Below, piece after piece: positions 51,969 through 64,000 of a stretch of 64,000 nt of DNA. The DNA lies in contig JAQFVV010000001.1 in the NCBI GenBank assembly GCA_028023455.1, positions 6,882,001 through 6,946,000 on the forward strand. The letters are read 5' to 3'. The number at the start of each line of letters is the position of its first letter. Within the stretch, counting starts at the first letter, position 1. The notes below the pieces were generated by a model that was given only the letters and a program-made list of their open reading frames with translations, had not been told where the DNA came from and made no database searches. The stretch is from Epiperipatus broadwayi (taxonomy: Eukaryota > Animalia > Onychophora). The position numbers and the translations under genes were made by a program.

Positions 51969-53538
51969 AAAGTATTTAATTTGGAAATTTTGTTTTTAGG
52001 GTAGTATATAATTGAAATCATTTCCCTTAGTACAGTGTAATTTATGGTTTCATTGTATAGAAGAGTTCTATTAAAGAACTTCCTACAATGGACACTATTG
52101 ACTTGATTACCAAGAGATTATTAACTAAATATTGTAAAGAAGTGGTCTCATTTTTAAAATATTAATGCTTATTAGAAAATGAAAAAATCTTTGAACACAT
52201 TTGGTAATGGAAAACTGCTAAAAGTCACATTTCTTAACAAGTTAAATGAGTAATACTGTCTTTTTCACTATTTTTTTTTTTTGGGGGGGGGGCTTGCTCT
52301 GCCTTTTCTATAGATTTTGTAGATATATATTCCTGTATCGATGTGGAAATAATAAATTTAGTCATCCTGATTGAGAATATATCAAAAATATGTTGCATTT
52401 AAAATACACTGTTGAGGGTTTTTGCAATGAAATTAATTTTTTTTTTTTAACTTGTTAACTATCTAACATAATTATTAATATAGTATAATATGATTCAGAT
52501 ATCACACTACATTTAAATTTATAAAAAAAATTTCTCTCTTCTTGAAACTTCTTTAGACATGATCACCTTTGAAAACATTGGTATAATTACAGCTGCTTTG
52601 ATTATCCAAGATAACGATGTTTTCATTGCCATAGAAATTAAATTGCCCAATTTATCATTTATGTTCAAAAAGTTATCTATGCTTATGAAATAAATTTTGG
52701 CAGCTGCTTATTTCATATGTTCATTCTTTCACTTTTTGTTATTTTTTTATTATAAATATTCAATCTATTATTTTTCTGAGTTTATAAATATTATTATCCT
52801 TTTTTAATGTATTATTTTCAAAATCTTTTCTAATAATTTTTCTACCATTCAGAATTACCAAGTGCTATTTTCATTCTTAAGAAAGTAACATGAATTTTGT
52901 GTGTTTTTTCATTTATCTTATATACATTTTGATTTGTTTATATTATTTTAGACACCAACAATACTTTTCTATCATCCTTTTTTTTTTTTTTTTTTTTAAA
53001 TCAAAAATTCAAACATTAGTTTTTTATTAAAATCTATGTTATTTCAAACTGTATTTGCCATTTGAATTTACTTGACCATTTTTGAGACCTATTAACTTTC
53101 CTTAAAATTATAAAAAAAATGAGACAATTTTTGGAAAATATCGATTTAAAATAAGTAATTTAATTAATCTATAGGTATTTAATTATATGGTTTTTTTTTA
53201 AAAAAAAAAATCCTTATCTGAATAATGGTAAATCAACTATGAAAGCTGTAAGTGGAGAAAATATTAAAGACATTAAATATAATTTAATAAATTTTCAGTA
53301 CCAAGTACATTTTCAAAGCCAAACAAAAATACATTAACATTATATTTAATTTTCATATTTTCTCTATGTAAGAAATATTGATATAATTGCTTATAGTTTA
53401 ATGCTGAGAAATCTTCATTTTTTTTATTTTTTTTAATAATGTACTTTTTTTTAAAATTCTTTTGTGTTTTTTTTTTTTTTGCTTCCTGACTATAGGCATG
53501 ATTTATAAGGTATTTCATTTATGTTTACAGCTATCATC

Positions 53539-53684
53539 ATGCCAATCCTCTACGCAGTCGTAGCAAGAGGAATAACTGTTTTAACAAAATATGCCAGTTG
53601 TGCTGGTAATTTTGCAGAAGTCACAGAACAGATATTATCAAAAATTTCTCCAGAAAATGGAAAATTAACTTATTCTCATGGAAA
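53539..53684 (+). CDS. VAMP7: VAMP7 first coding exon (MPILYAVVARGITVLTKYASCAGNFAEVTEQILSKISPENGKLTYSHG-N), longin domain
   Basis: Acceptor tttacag at 53530, ATG at 53539, GTAAGT donor at 53685. Closely matches the VAMP7 N-terminus (MAILFAVVARGTTILAKHAWCGGNFLEVTEQIL). Confidence 0.96.
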
Positions 53685-55595
53685 GTAAGTCAGTTAATTA
53701 ATTTTAATATTATATGTTCAAACTGAAATATGCTTTAAATTATATGTTGGAAATAGATCAGCATATATGTATATATAAAATGTATCATCACATACAACTT
53801 TCAGATAATCCTAGTTTAAGTTTCAATTCCCTTTCCCCTTTTTCTTTTTTGTTATTTTTTTAAGAAATAAATCAAAATTTTGTTTATTGTTTATAAAAGA
53901 ATTTCTCAACTTGGGGGCCACATATTTTATTAAGAAGAGCTATGAAAATAAACTACAAATGTTTTAATTAGAATTAGATAATGAGATTTATTTGTATGTA
54001 CATATATATATTTTTAAAATTTTTAATGTGAAAATTTGCACATCATGCTATGTAGCTTGCCCTAATAATCACTGTTTATTTTACAATTCATATACATCAC
54101 ATTATCAACACTAGGGAATATATTTAATTGCAGTTTAGTAGTAGTGTCTTTGTAACAAGTGTCACTTGTACTAATGCATTTGATAATTCTTTCATTAAAA
54201 ATTTGCCCCTGAAATGGATAAATGATTAATAAAAGCATAATGTATTTGTAGAGATCAATCAAAAACAATGAAGATACCAAAGAATTGTGTAAGCAACAAT
54301 ATCTCATATAATTTCAACATCAGGTGGGAAGAAGAAATTGTTGAAAAAATTTGTAAATATAATCCTTCTTACTTGAAATATTTATTTGTGCTTTCATATA
54401 ATAATCCACACAAGATTATGGGTATAATCTGCCAGAAAGAGTTGTCAAATGATTGTATGAGACCTGGAAAAACTTGATAGCCATTTAAATACTGTCCACA
54501 TTGAATTTAAGAGTAAGACGATATAATTTTTGAAAGAAAGGTCAAAGAATTAAAACAATAAACTAAATTTTTTTCAAAGCATATTAAGTTAAATAAATTA
54601 ATAAAAGCTTATTTTAAAATTGCTTTATTAATTGCTAAAACAAAAACACATTCTACAATTGGTGAAGATATAGTCTTACAAAGCAGCAATAAAAAATTTC
54701 AAATTATCCATAATTCCGAAATATCAAATCCTTTTAAAATAAGTCTTTTGTCCAGTATCACAATTAAAAAAAGAATAGATAGATGGCATTGCTAAAATAC
54801 TGTATTTACCCTACAATTTGATGATTCATCTGACACTACAAATAATGCTAATTTAATGGTTTTTATCAGATACTTGTATAATTTGAAAATTCATGAAGAC
54901 CTGCTGTTTTATAGATATCTCTGATTCAACTAAAAGGAGAGATATATTTAAAAGGATGAATAACTTTTTTTATAGAAAATGAGCTTGAATGACAAAAGTG
55001 CATTGGGTTTGCTCTAGTGGAGCTGCAGCCATGTTTAGGACGATTTACAGGAGAATTAAAAAGATTTGTCCAAATGCAAAACGTTTGCATTATCCATAGA
55101 GAAAACCTAGTATTTCAACATCTGAAAGAATCACTTAGAAAAGTAATATTAGAAGTTTCCACAATAATTTTATAAAAAGTAATCCCATTAGTACAATTTT
55201 TTTTTTAATTTTATGCCAAGGGATGAACTCCAATTATGAATCCCTTTTATTTCACATAGAAATAAGATGGTTATCCAACAGTAAAGTTTTAAAAAGGATT
55301 TTAAAATTAAAAGATAAATTACAACTTTTTTTTCTTGGGAAAAATTCTACATTATCATCCTATTTTTTTTATCAAAATTGCATATATTTTCTCTCTTACC
55401 TGATGGGTTTTTCGAAAAATTAAATTGAATCTTTCTCTGTAAGAAAAAATACCAATACATTAAACCTAAATATAAAATTGCAAGCATTTCAAAATAAATT
55501 TTCTGCATGGGTACACAAAGTTTTAGGATAATAATATAAAAATGCTTGATGCTCTCCATGATTTTCTTGAAGAAAATAATATTTTAATATCAGCA

Positions 55596-56181
55596 GTTTA
55601 AAATTTAAAAAAGTCAGATATATTAATCTTTAACTGGAGTTTAAAGTTTATATCTATGCTAGAGATAATCTCTAATTTAGAAAATGATTAGTGATAATCA
55701 TTATTGTATTTATCTGAGGTGAATGGCGTCAAAGTTGTGAGTGGAGTGAGTTTGACAATGGTAAATAAAAATGTAACAATTTATTATAGATAAATACTCT
55801 TCATATAATAGAAATATGGGAGATAGTGACTTGGGCCAACTAATGTGTGCTGGTTCATCACGAAATGCATCTTGGGAGTCATTTGTCTTTTATTGTATCT
55901 TTATTTACATGAATTTAAAAAGAATGGGGAAGTATGGAGGTTGTTTAATATATCTATAAAGATATTACATATGGGAAAGAGAAAGGTGAATAACTCCGTG
56001 TGTGTTTAAATTTAAAAAATCAGATATATTAATCTTTAACTGAGGTTTAAAGTTTATATCTGTACTAGAGATAATCTGTAGTTTAGAAAATAATTAGTGA
56101 TTATCATTATTGTATTTATCTGAGGTGAATGGTATCAAAGTTGTGAGTGGATTTGACAATAGTAAATAAAAATGTAATAAT
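55596..56181 (+). mobile_element. Hammerhead repeat family D: ~406-bp unit, ~1.45 tandem copies, inserted in the hAT relic
   Basis: 55596-55780 is repeated at 56004-56181, with a hammerhead motif in the unique middle. The hAT reading resumes after 56181. Confidence 0.8.
55827..55881 (+). ncRNA. Degenerate type I hammerhead motif, family D
   Basis: TGACT tggg CCAA | CTAATGT | GTGCT ggttc ATCAC | GAAA | TGCA TC | TTGG g AGTCA: bulged stem I. GAAATGCATC is the CpG-decay product of GAAACGCGTC; G5 is mutated. Confidence 0.65.
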
Positions 56182-56985
56182 AAAAAAATAATAATCACCA
56201 TCACAAATTGAATTTTTTTAAAAAATATTTTCCTAACTTAAATGAATGACTGGATAAGAATGTCATTTGCTCCATCCTACAATTTAGTAATTTCTTGTAG
56301 TCATTCTCAAGAACTAATTGACTTGAGAACAGATTGAACCCTTGTATCAGAATTTTGGATTCAGTGACAAAAAGAATATTCTTCATTTGTAAATATAGCC
56401 TTAAATATTCTGTTTTCGTTTGCATCTTACGTATGTTTGTGAAACTGCATTTTCATCACTATTACTAATTAAAATAAGTATAGCTTTTGTTTATCAATGG
56501 AAACATGGAGGAAAACATCTTAACAATTGCTATGTCATACATCATCTAGTATTGATTTTTTATGTAACAATATTCAAACATATCGATCAAATTAAATTAT
56601 TAAAATCACCTTTGTTTGTATTATTTAATATTTATTCTGATTATTATTAATGAGTTATGTGTTTGGTATTTCATGGTCTTTGTAATATTTGTATTTTTTT
56701 ATATATATAATAAAAAAAAATTATTTAAATAAACTAAATATAAATACAATAAAATTGTATAATAACAGCATATACTTCTATTAAGAATTTTATTGTGGAG
56801 GGGGCTATTTCTAGATATTTCAAGAAAGCTTTTATGTCATTTGAGTTTGATAGGCGCTGATATACAATATTAAATAATAGGACCAAAATAACTTTCTTCA
56901 CCATTTATTATTTATCATATTAAAATGAATCAGAATGTAAATAATTAGATAATCATTTTTAATTCAGATTTACTTATATTTATTC

Positions 56986-57124
56986 ATATTCATCAAAATA
57001 TAAAATCACAAACCAATTTTCTTTAAAAAACTTGTTTTTTATTATTATGACTATATGAATTTTAATTTCAAGAGCAACGTTTTTTAAAGAAAATTGGTTT
57101 GTGATTTTATATTTTGATGAATAT
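56986..57124. repeat. Perfect 46-bp inverted repeat with a 47-bp spacer
   Basis: atattcatcaaaatataaaatcacaaaccaattttctttaaaaaac (56986-57031) and its reverse complement (57079-57124). Confidence 0.92.
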
Positions 57125-57713
57125 TGTTTATACTGACTATTTTTAAAAGAAAAAAGAAGTTTAAGATTAAAGGTTATGCTATTTATTCATATGTGTAACA
57201 AAGTGATTTTTTTCTTCCTTATAACCTATTTTCGGTGAAGCTCACCATAATCTTAAGTAAAGATAATTTGAAGTAATATATTTGTTTATTAAAATGAGAT
57301 GGTATTTAATCATCTTTCTTCTTCATTTCATAAATCACTTTTTTTTTTTTTAGTTGGAAATCATTATATATTAAAATAGTAATATTGCAACAGTTTTCTG
57401 TAGCACACATTCTGTCAATGCTACATGTATGTGCATAAAATTTTAGTGTTGTGTTTATATATGTATTATATATATATATATATGCATTCTTGTTATCTAT
57501 TCTAATCTTTTATATACGCCTTCTGTATAATTCATGATTTTTCCATCAAAATCAGATCACTAAGTGAAATAAAATCAAATATTTACTCTGATTTAATTTT
57601 AATTATACCAGCATACTCATTTACTTTAGGCATCCCATAATAATATAAATATTGGAAAAAATTAATATATATATATATATTTTTCTATTAAAGAAAAATT
57701 ATTTTTTCTAACA

Positions 57714-58290
57714 AAATCAACGCAATATATTATTAACACATTTTATATGTGTAATAATTAAAAATATATTAATTATTTTTTTAAAATCATACAAGCAGAT
57801 GTTTAATCAAAAAAAAAAAAAAACACAATAATATTATCATATAGATAACATTTAAATCCATCATAACAATGCTAGTACATAATTATACAATCAAACAAGC
57901 AATTATATTTTTCTTACAGATAATCATGAAATCAATAGAAGGAAAATAAAGATTTTCCTCAGTATTGAAGTAGATTCATTTATCTTAGATATCCTTTAAT
58001 AATATAAATATTGAAAGCAACTAAAATATTGTTTTTATTATTAAAAAAAAATTATTTTAAAATCAACTCATATTATTAAAAAATTCAATACTGTATATAT
58101 AAGTATTAATAATAGATTAATTAGTTTTTAAAAAATCATACAATGCAAATGTTTAATCAAAAAAAAAATTAATAAAATGAGCATATAGGTAATATTATAT
58201 TATACAATCAAACAATTGTATTATACCTTACAGATAGTCTTGAAATCTGTAGAAGAAAAATAAAGATTTTCCTCAATTTTGAAGTATTGT
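57714..58290 (+). repeat. Old diverged tandem duplication (~345-bp period)
   Basis: The blocks aaaatcatacaa...gtttaatcaaaa...tatacaatcaaacaa...cttacagata...aaataaagattttcctca occur twice. Confidence 0.8.
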
Positions 58291-61200
58291 TTATTAAAAT
58301 CATTCATAATCATTTGAAAACTGAACAAGCATCAACATAATCTAAATATATGTATAATTCATAACTATTTATTAATATCTTACATTAATAGGATCTAAAG
58401 TAGTTAAATTTTTTCGCAATACTTATTTATTGCACTTGACTCTTGAATTAGTCTCCTGTTTTATTAACAAACAGGTTTAAAGTCAAGGCAAACCAACAAG
58501 AATGTACATTATTTTAAATCAGGTACTACTTTATCCAAACATCTCTCACTCTTTTTTTAACTATCTGATTTTATTTATTTTTTTTTACTCCAGTGGTTAT
58601 AATTATAGTATTTTTTACTAACATTAAATTCTGTGGTTTTTCAGTTTTAAAGGAATAGTTATCAAAAATATTTTAGTTAGTCGAAAGCAAAACTAAAAAG
58701 ATTATAACAAATTCGTTTATTTTATATAATTACAGAAAAGCAATAAAACACCCATAAATAAAATTGATTAATTATAGTTTTATAAAAGCAAAAACATGTT
58801 CTTTAATTTCTAAAGAAAATTGATTTTATCTTATCATATGGCCCTTTCTAGTTTTAGTACTTTCAAAATAAAACTGTGCATACTGTACTTTATTTCTAAA
58901 TATAGTAAGGTCATTATAATTTCTGCCTCAAAATTTACCAATTCATTTAGCTTTTATTTGTAAAAAAAAAAAAAAGGATATGTGTTCATCAATTTAAAAT
59001 ATTAGCATTTTTTTATCTATAAAAGAAGCATGTGATTAAAATTGCAAATAGTAATTTAATATCACTGAGATATTGTATCTTCTGCATTTTGTCATTTGCT
59101 TGCAAAGATAAATTAGATAAAAGTTATTAACTTTATTCCCCTTCTCCCTTTAAAATATGCTGCATATTAATTTTTTAAAATATTGCTAATGTTAATACAT
59201 TAAAAGACAATAAATAAGAATCATCTGGCTATTGTTTTTAAAATTTGTCTGTTGTACAGTATTTTATTTGTGTGTCAGTATGAATATATATTAATTTGTA
59301 TATGTAATTTTCAAATAGTTGTACTATCTCCATATATTAAAAAAATTACACAGTATGTATTCTATCCTTTGACATTATTTTTTGTTGTTACTAGTTTTAT
59401 TATATATGCACTGTATAGTGCTCAGTATTATCTGCCAAAGACTTTACTATCAGACATCCTAGGTATTGTAATCCCAATATATGTGATCCAGTTTATTTAA
59501 ATTTTTTTAACCACTATTTCATTTTAGATCGGTTAGGTAATAAAATATATCATATATACTTTGTGTCTTTAACTGATTGGTAGTAGTCGATTGATCGTAT
59601 ACATTGTGCATGGTAGAAAACAGGATTTACAAAGTTATATACTTGTATAATTGATTTTAAAATGTATAATCTGATTTATTGATTGCGACAATATTTTTTA
59701 TTTAAATAACAGTATTTTTAAATCTTTTGCAGTTGTATTTTTAATTTAAGCTATAAATACTTATTTACACTCATTAGTAGACATGGATATTATTTTGAAG
59801 ATTTTATTAGATTTGTATAACTGATATAATTATTTCAAATAGTTAATTGTTTATTAGTCTTTTTAATATATAAAAATTTGTCTTTTTTTTTTCTGCAAAG
59901 AATTTCCAGAATAATGAACATTAAGATTGAATTGCTTTATGCTACATTTAAGTACTACATATAAGATAATTCTTAAGAGTTTCATAATCAAGTAATAATA
60001 CCTAAAATTGAAATTTTTTGCAGATTCCAGAAAAAATAAAGATTTTTTTTTTTTTTTTTATGTGGCTGGCCCATTTATTTGTTGATAAATGAATATCTAG
60101 TTCTTATTAAATAAAGAATATAATAGCAAAGGTTGGTAAACCCTTCACCCATCAACAGCTGATTTGCCTGGTTAATATTATCTTATTTTTCACTATTCTT
60201 CTGTGAAGAAATCTAGTGAAGTCTTGACTTAATTGAGAGCTATTTATAGCCATTTTGCATTTAATTTACCAAAGGATGCAAGTTTTATAATTCAAGGGGT
60301 CAAAAAAAAATTTTCTATATCAAGTCCTTTGCCTGGAAAAATGTTGAATTATTAGCAATAGATTATAATCAAGTAATGACACTTTTCTTTCATTGATGAT
60401 GGTTTGACATTGTTCACCCACCCTCTTACCACAGTTTTATTTTGGTGATTATATATCTTAATTTTAGAATTCAATTGTAAGTGATCCTTTACATCATTAA
60501 GATAAACATATTTAATTTTTTATTAAATCTTTTGCAGATGTATTTAAAATTCCGAAATTATTTTAATAAGAATTTTATTGCTCTCTGTTATATAAATTTT
60601 AATTTTGCTAAATGAATTTCTGAATGAACTATTATTTGAAAGTTGTGAAGGCAGTTTTCTGCTTATTAAATTAATGAAAGATCAACTTATCTTCTAAAAC
60701 CTTGCATTATTCGCATTTGTAAACACATCATGATAAAATGCATCACTGATAATTGTATGAACTATGGATATTGTGCAATATTCCATGTGAAATAATTTTT
60801 ACTATAAGTTATTTTGGTTGATTCTAAAACAACTGAATGTTGAACTCAAAGGAATTATAATTAAACTACTTAATTTATATAATATTACTAAAAGGTTTAT
60901 CTTTTTCTGTACCAAGCAATTTTCTTTTCACTATTTATGCCTCTTAATTACTATTATTAAATACATAGTTTGATCAGTTAATTATTTACATGATCCCTAT
61001 TAAAGAAATTGTGATCTGAGAACATTTGGATCATTGTCAATAGTAGTTTGTTATTGTTTTTTGTGTAATTCTTGAAATTTTTTACATATTTTCAAGATAT
61101 TGAGGTATAGCCAATGATTATTTTTACTTTGGAAAAATAGATATATTATAAATGAACTTGAATGTCAATAAAATAATGCTTAATTAATTTTAAATGTCTG

Positions 61201-63138
61201 TCAATTGTAGTATCATTTCTGAAGAAAATACACAATATATTTTATATTTTTTTAATTTTGTTTTTATTAATTTTGATGTGGGGAGGGGGATTTACTATTG
61301 GCTCATTAAAATTATGCAAGTTTTACATTAATAGTGTGTTCTACAAGTGAATTCATATTTGTACAAATAATGGTTGCTCAAAGTGTCAATAAATGACCCT
61401 CAGCATTTTCTAAATGATTACCAAATATTTATTTGTTTATTCACTATTTTAAACAGATGAAATACTGAGAAATATGGTCCAACTTTTTTATGTTTATATT
61501 AATCTCTAACCAATTCTTCTAACATTTAAAAAATTTTATGTAGCTACAAAAGAAATATACATTCTAGATTTGGATATAAATTTATATTGATTTATCTTAC
61601 TGATATATTTATAAATGAAAATAAAAATTAGTTGATGATGAAGATGCTTTTACTTCTAAAGAAAATTCATGATTGTCTTTTACAAACTCTGTGAAAATTT
61701 GTCTATACATTGATTTCTTAGATAAATAAATATTTGCATTACATAATAAATAAGTTTTACTCAAATTCATTGGGTTGAACTATGTAAAGTTAGAAATGAA
61801 AACAATAATTAGAGTAATATATACCACATGTCATGGATTCTGAATTTTATCAGATCTGATTTAAAATATTTAAGTCTTATAAAAATTTACAAGATAATCT
61901 TCTAATGTGTTTAAGCAAAAACATCCTTAATCAAATAATATATTAAAGCACTTAGCATATTACATAATAAATTTAAATTATTCTGATATTATATAATTCA
62001 TTTTGATTGAAAATAATAAATATTTTCAGTTTATAAAATAAAATAAAAATATACTAGTTCTCTTTTAATATAGATTGAAATGATTTTCTATAATAATAAA
62101 GAAGTTAATTAAAGATATTATATAGCTTATTGAGTGTTTGATACATTATCTAAATTTAGAGAAGTGAAAATAAAATTATGTTTTTTATTAAAAAGTTATG
62201 GCCATCACTAGAAAAGTCAAGAAATTAGTCAAGTGTTGATCCCACACCTCTCAGTGTAGTGTGTTTTGTGCTCTTTGAAAAAAGTGATAACATATGTGCC
62301 AATAAAATTGATTCATTTTTTTTTAATATAAGTAATGTAGCTTTTTATTCGTAAGTATCTACACAAATATATATATATAAGCAATGTTGAAATTTAACCT
62401 ATTTCATTTTTTATAAATGTTATCAGTTGCATCAAATAACAATAGCTAATAAATTTTTAAGTATATAATATTAGATCATTGGGATATCTTTTATTTACTA
62501 AATCTGAAACTTGGGGAATAGAAGATTAGACTTACATTATGCATTTTCAGAAGACCATTTCACTCATTTCTCCCTATGTCATCAACCATAATTCAAAAAT
62601 AACAAAAAAAAAATTATTATTCAAAATTTTTATGGAAAAAAAAAAAATCCATAAAGCACTTCAATAATTATCTATTTTTATGATGATTAAAATATATTTG
62701 TAGAATTTCTACTTAGTTTGCCTGTAAAATTAACTATAGTTTAAGCAGGCAACAGAAATTTGTTTGTTTTGTGACTAATTTATGGATATTATAAAAAAAA
62801 TTTCCAACTACAAATATTATATCCTTGTTCATATTTTATATATTCTTTTTATATATATATGTACCTGTTTTGCTCTTCATTATATAAATCATGTTTAGTG
62901 AAAACTTTGAAACGATTTTATTTACCATCACGGTTGTACTTGTCCTTTTCAAGGCTGAGACGCTTAGTTAAGTTACAGGCTGTCACTCATGTAAGATTCA
63001 TAAAAGTTTGAAAACTTTTTGCATATTTTTTGGGGGACTTTTTATAGCTGTGGAATCTCAGGCTAGCTGTGTGTATTTTTATCATTATTATATGAATAGA
63101 TTATAAAAGAATTTATTCAAACTTTTATTTTATTTTAG

Positions 63139-63196
63139 CTACTTGTTTCATTATATCGTTGAAGACAGAATAATTTATATGTGTATAACTGATGAT
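63139..63196 (+). CDS. VAMP7: VAMP7 second coding exon (YLFHYIVEDRIIYMCITDD); gene continues past window
   Basis: ttttag acceptor, GTAAGT donor, 58 nt, phase-compatible with the previous exon. Matches YLFHYICQDRIVYLCITDD. Confidence 0.96.
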
Positions 63197-63845
63197 GTAA
63201 GTATCATTTTATATTTGTCCTAAATTATAAAGTGAAAATATTTTAAGTAAAATTCATTTTATTTTTAGGATTTTGAAAGATCAAGAGCTTTTTTATTTTT
63301 AGGAGAAATTAAAAAAAGGTAAACATTTTTTATATGCATATGTGTGTCAATACGAAATTTTAATTTTAAAATGTTTGTTTAAATCTTAATGTTTTCGTTT
63401 TTTTTTTTTGTTTAATTAATTTTTAAAATGCTCTTTTTAAAAGTGAAACCTTATCACGATAAATTTTATTTTACTTTGTTGGAGCAAGGCTTATTCTGAA
63501 AGATATTTTTGCCTTTATTTTAAAATATAGATGTAAAGTAAACATTGTCTAATTTTAGATTTGTATGTGTGTGTGTGTAAATATATAGTAATGTCTCATA
63601 AATTTAATACCATAGAAAAAAAATGGAAGCCAAAACAAAAACTTTATGGAATTTTCATTACATCTAGCACAAAATTTTTGATATTTCATCCTGACAATCA
63701 ATTCATAATTAATGATGTCAGAAGTAATATCACTACATTCTTAAATAAAACTAGTGCACACATTGAAAATTCTTATTTTTTACGCATATACCTATACATT
63801 TAAAATAGTCTCGAGATACCAGACTTAAAGAACATCTTATATATA

Positions 63846-64000
63846 TTTTAAAACAGGCAAAACTCACTATATATATTGCCACACACAGCAAGCTAGAGTA
63901 ATCAATGGATGCCAGAAAGCTTGCAGATAAAATCCCCATCTAGTATCTACTCATCCAATATCCCCAGACTAGTTTCTGGCTTATGGCCTTCATCAGTGAG
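63846..64000 (-). mobile_element. Hammerhead repeat family C copy, truncated by the window end
   Basis: Homologous to the 38.1-39.2 kb units. Confidence 0.8.
63962..64000 (-). ncRNA. Minimal type I hammerhead motif, family C (best-preserved copy)
   Basis: CTCA | CTGATGA A | GGC cataa GCC A | GAAA | CTAG | TC | TGGG; intact core, GUC site, palindromic stem III ACTAGT. Confidence 0.78.

Larger units (their letters stand above)
53897..56859 (+). mobile_element. Decayed hAT/Buster (ZBED/FAM200-like) transposon in a VAMP7 intron
   Basis: FTLQFDDSSDTTNNANLMVFIRY, SLLFHIEIRWLSNSKVLKRILKLKD, DWIR.., YVCETAFSSL. Degenerate TIRs (aagaatttctcaac / gtttgataggcgctg) with imperfect TA-centred 8-bp flanks. 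Confidence 0.8.

Noticed and set aside
55596-56181. TRIM / mini-LTR interpretation of the direct repeats
   Set aside because: No PBS, no adjacent PPT and no TSD; the internal hammerhead favours a retrozyme/pLTR origin.
59900-62100. Possible decayed DNA transposon on the minus strand (IISDAFYHD-like motif)
   Set aside because: One weak motif only.
1-64000. CRISPR arrays, rRNA/tRNA genes, prokaryotic operons, and the remaining short ORFs in the track
   Set aside because: None seen. The DNA is intron-rich eukaryotic sequence, and the short ORFs are TE fragments, antisense shadows or AT-rich chance ORFs.

Overview
AT-rich animal (probably invertebrate) nuclear DNA. Two housekeeping genes lie head-to-head around a CpG-retaining promoter at ~42.2-42.4 kb. 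POLR1D (RPAC2/AC19 subunit of Pol I/III, minus strand) has four coding exons at 42127-42159, 31499-31599, 3156-3232 and 1805-1884; its terminal exon was not identified. VAMP7 (plus strand) has a probable 5'UTR exon ending at 42467 and coding exons at 53539-53684 and 63139-63196, and continues beyond the window. Nearly everything else is intron filled with transposable elements: several RTE LINEs (two long copies sharing one 5' end), an RTE-X fragment, a full-length decayed Ty3/Gypsy with both LTRs, hAT and MULE relics, MITE-like foldbacks and a decayed Penelope-like element. The ORF track does not show the most striking feature, a high density of self-cleaving-ribozyme motifs. At least four unrelated ~280-490 bp non-coding repeat families carry type I hammerhead motifs, in tandem, more-than-unit-length and inverted arrangements (retrozyme / Penelope pLTR-like). 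The 5' end of the RTE also folds as an HDV-like ribozyme. All ribozyme calls are by-eye motif and base-pairing assignments and need covariance-model and cleavage confirmation.
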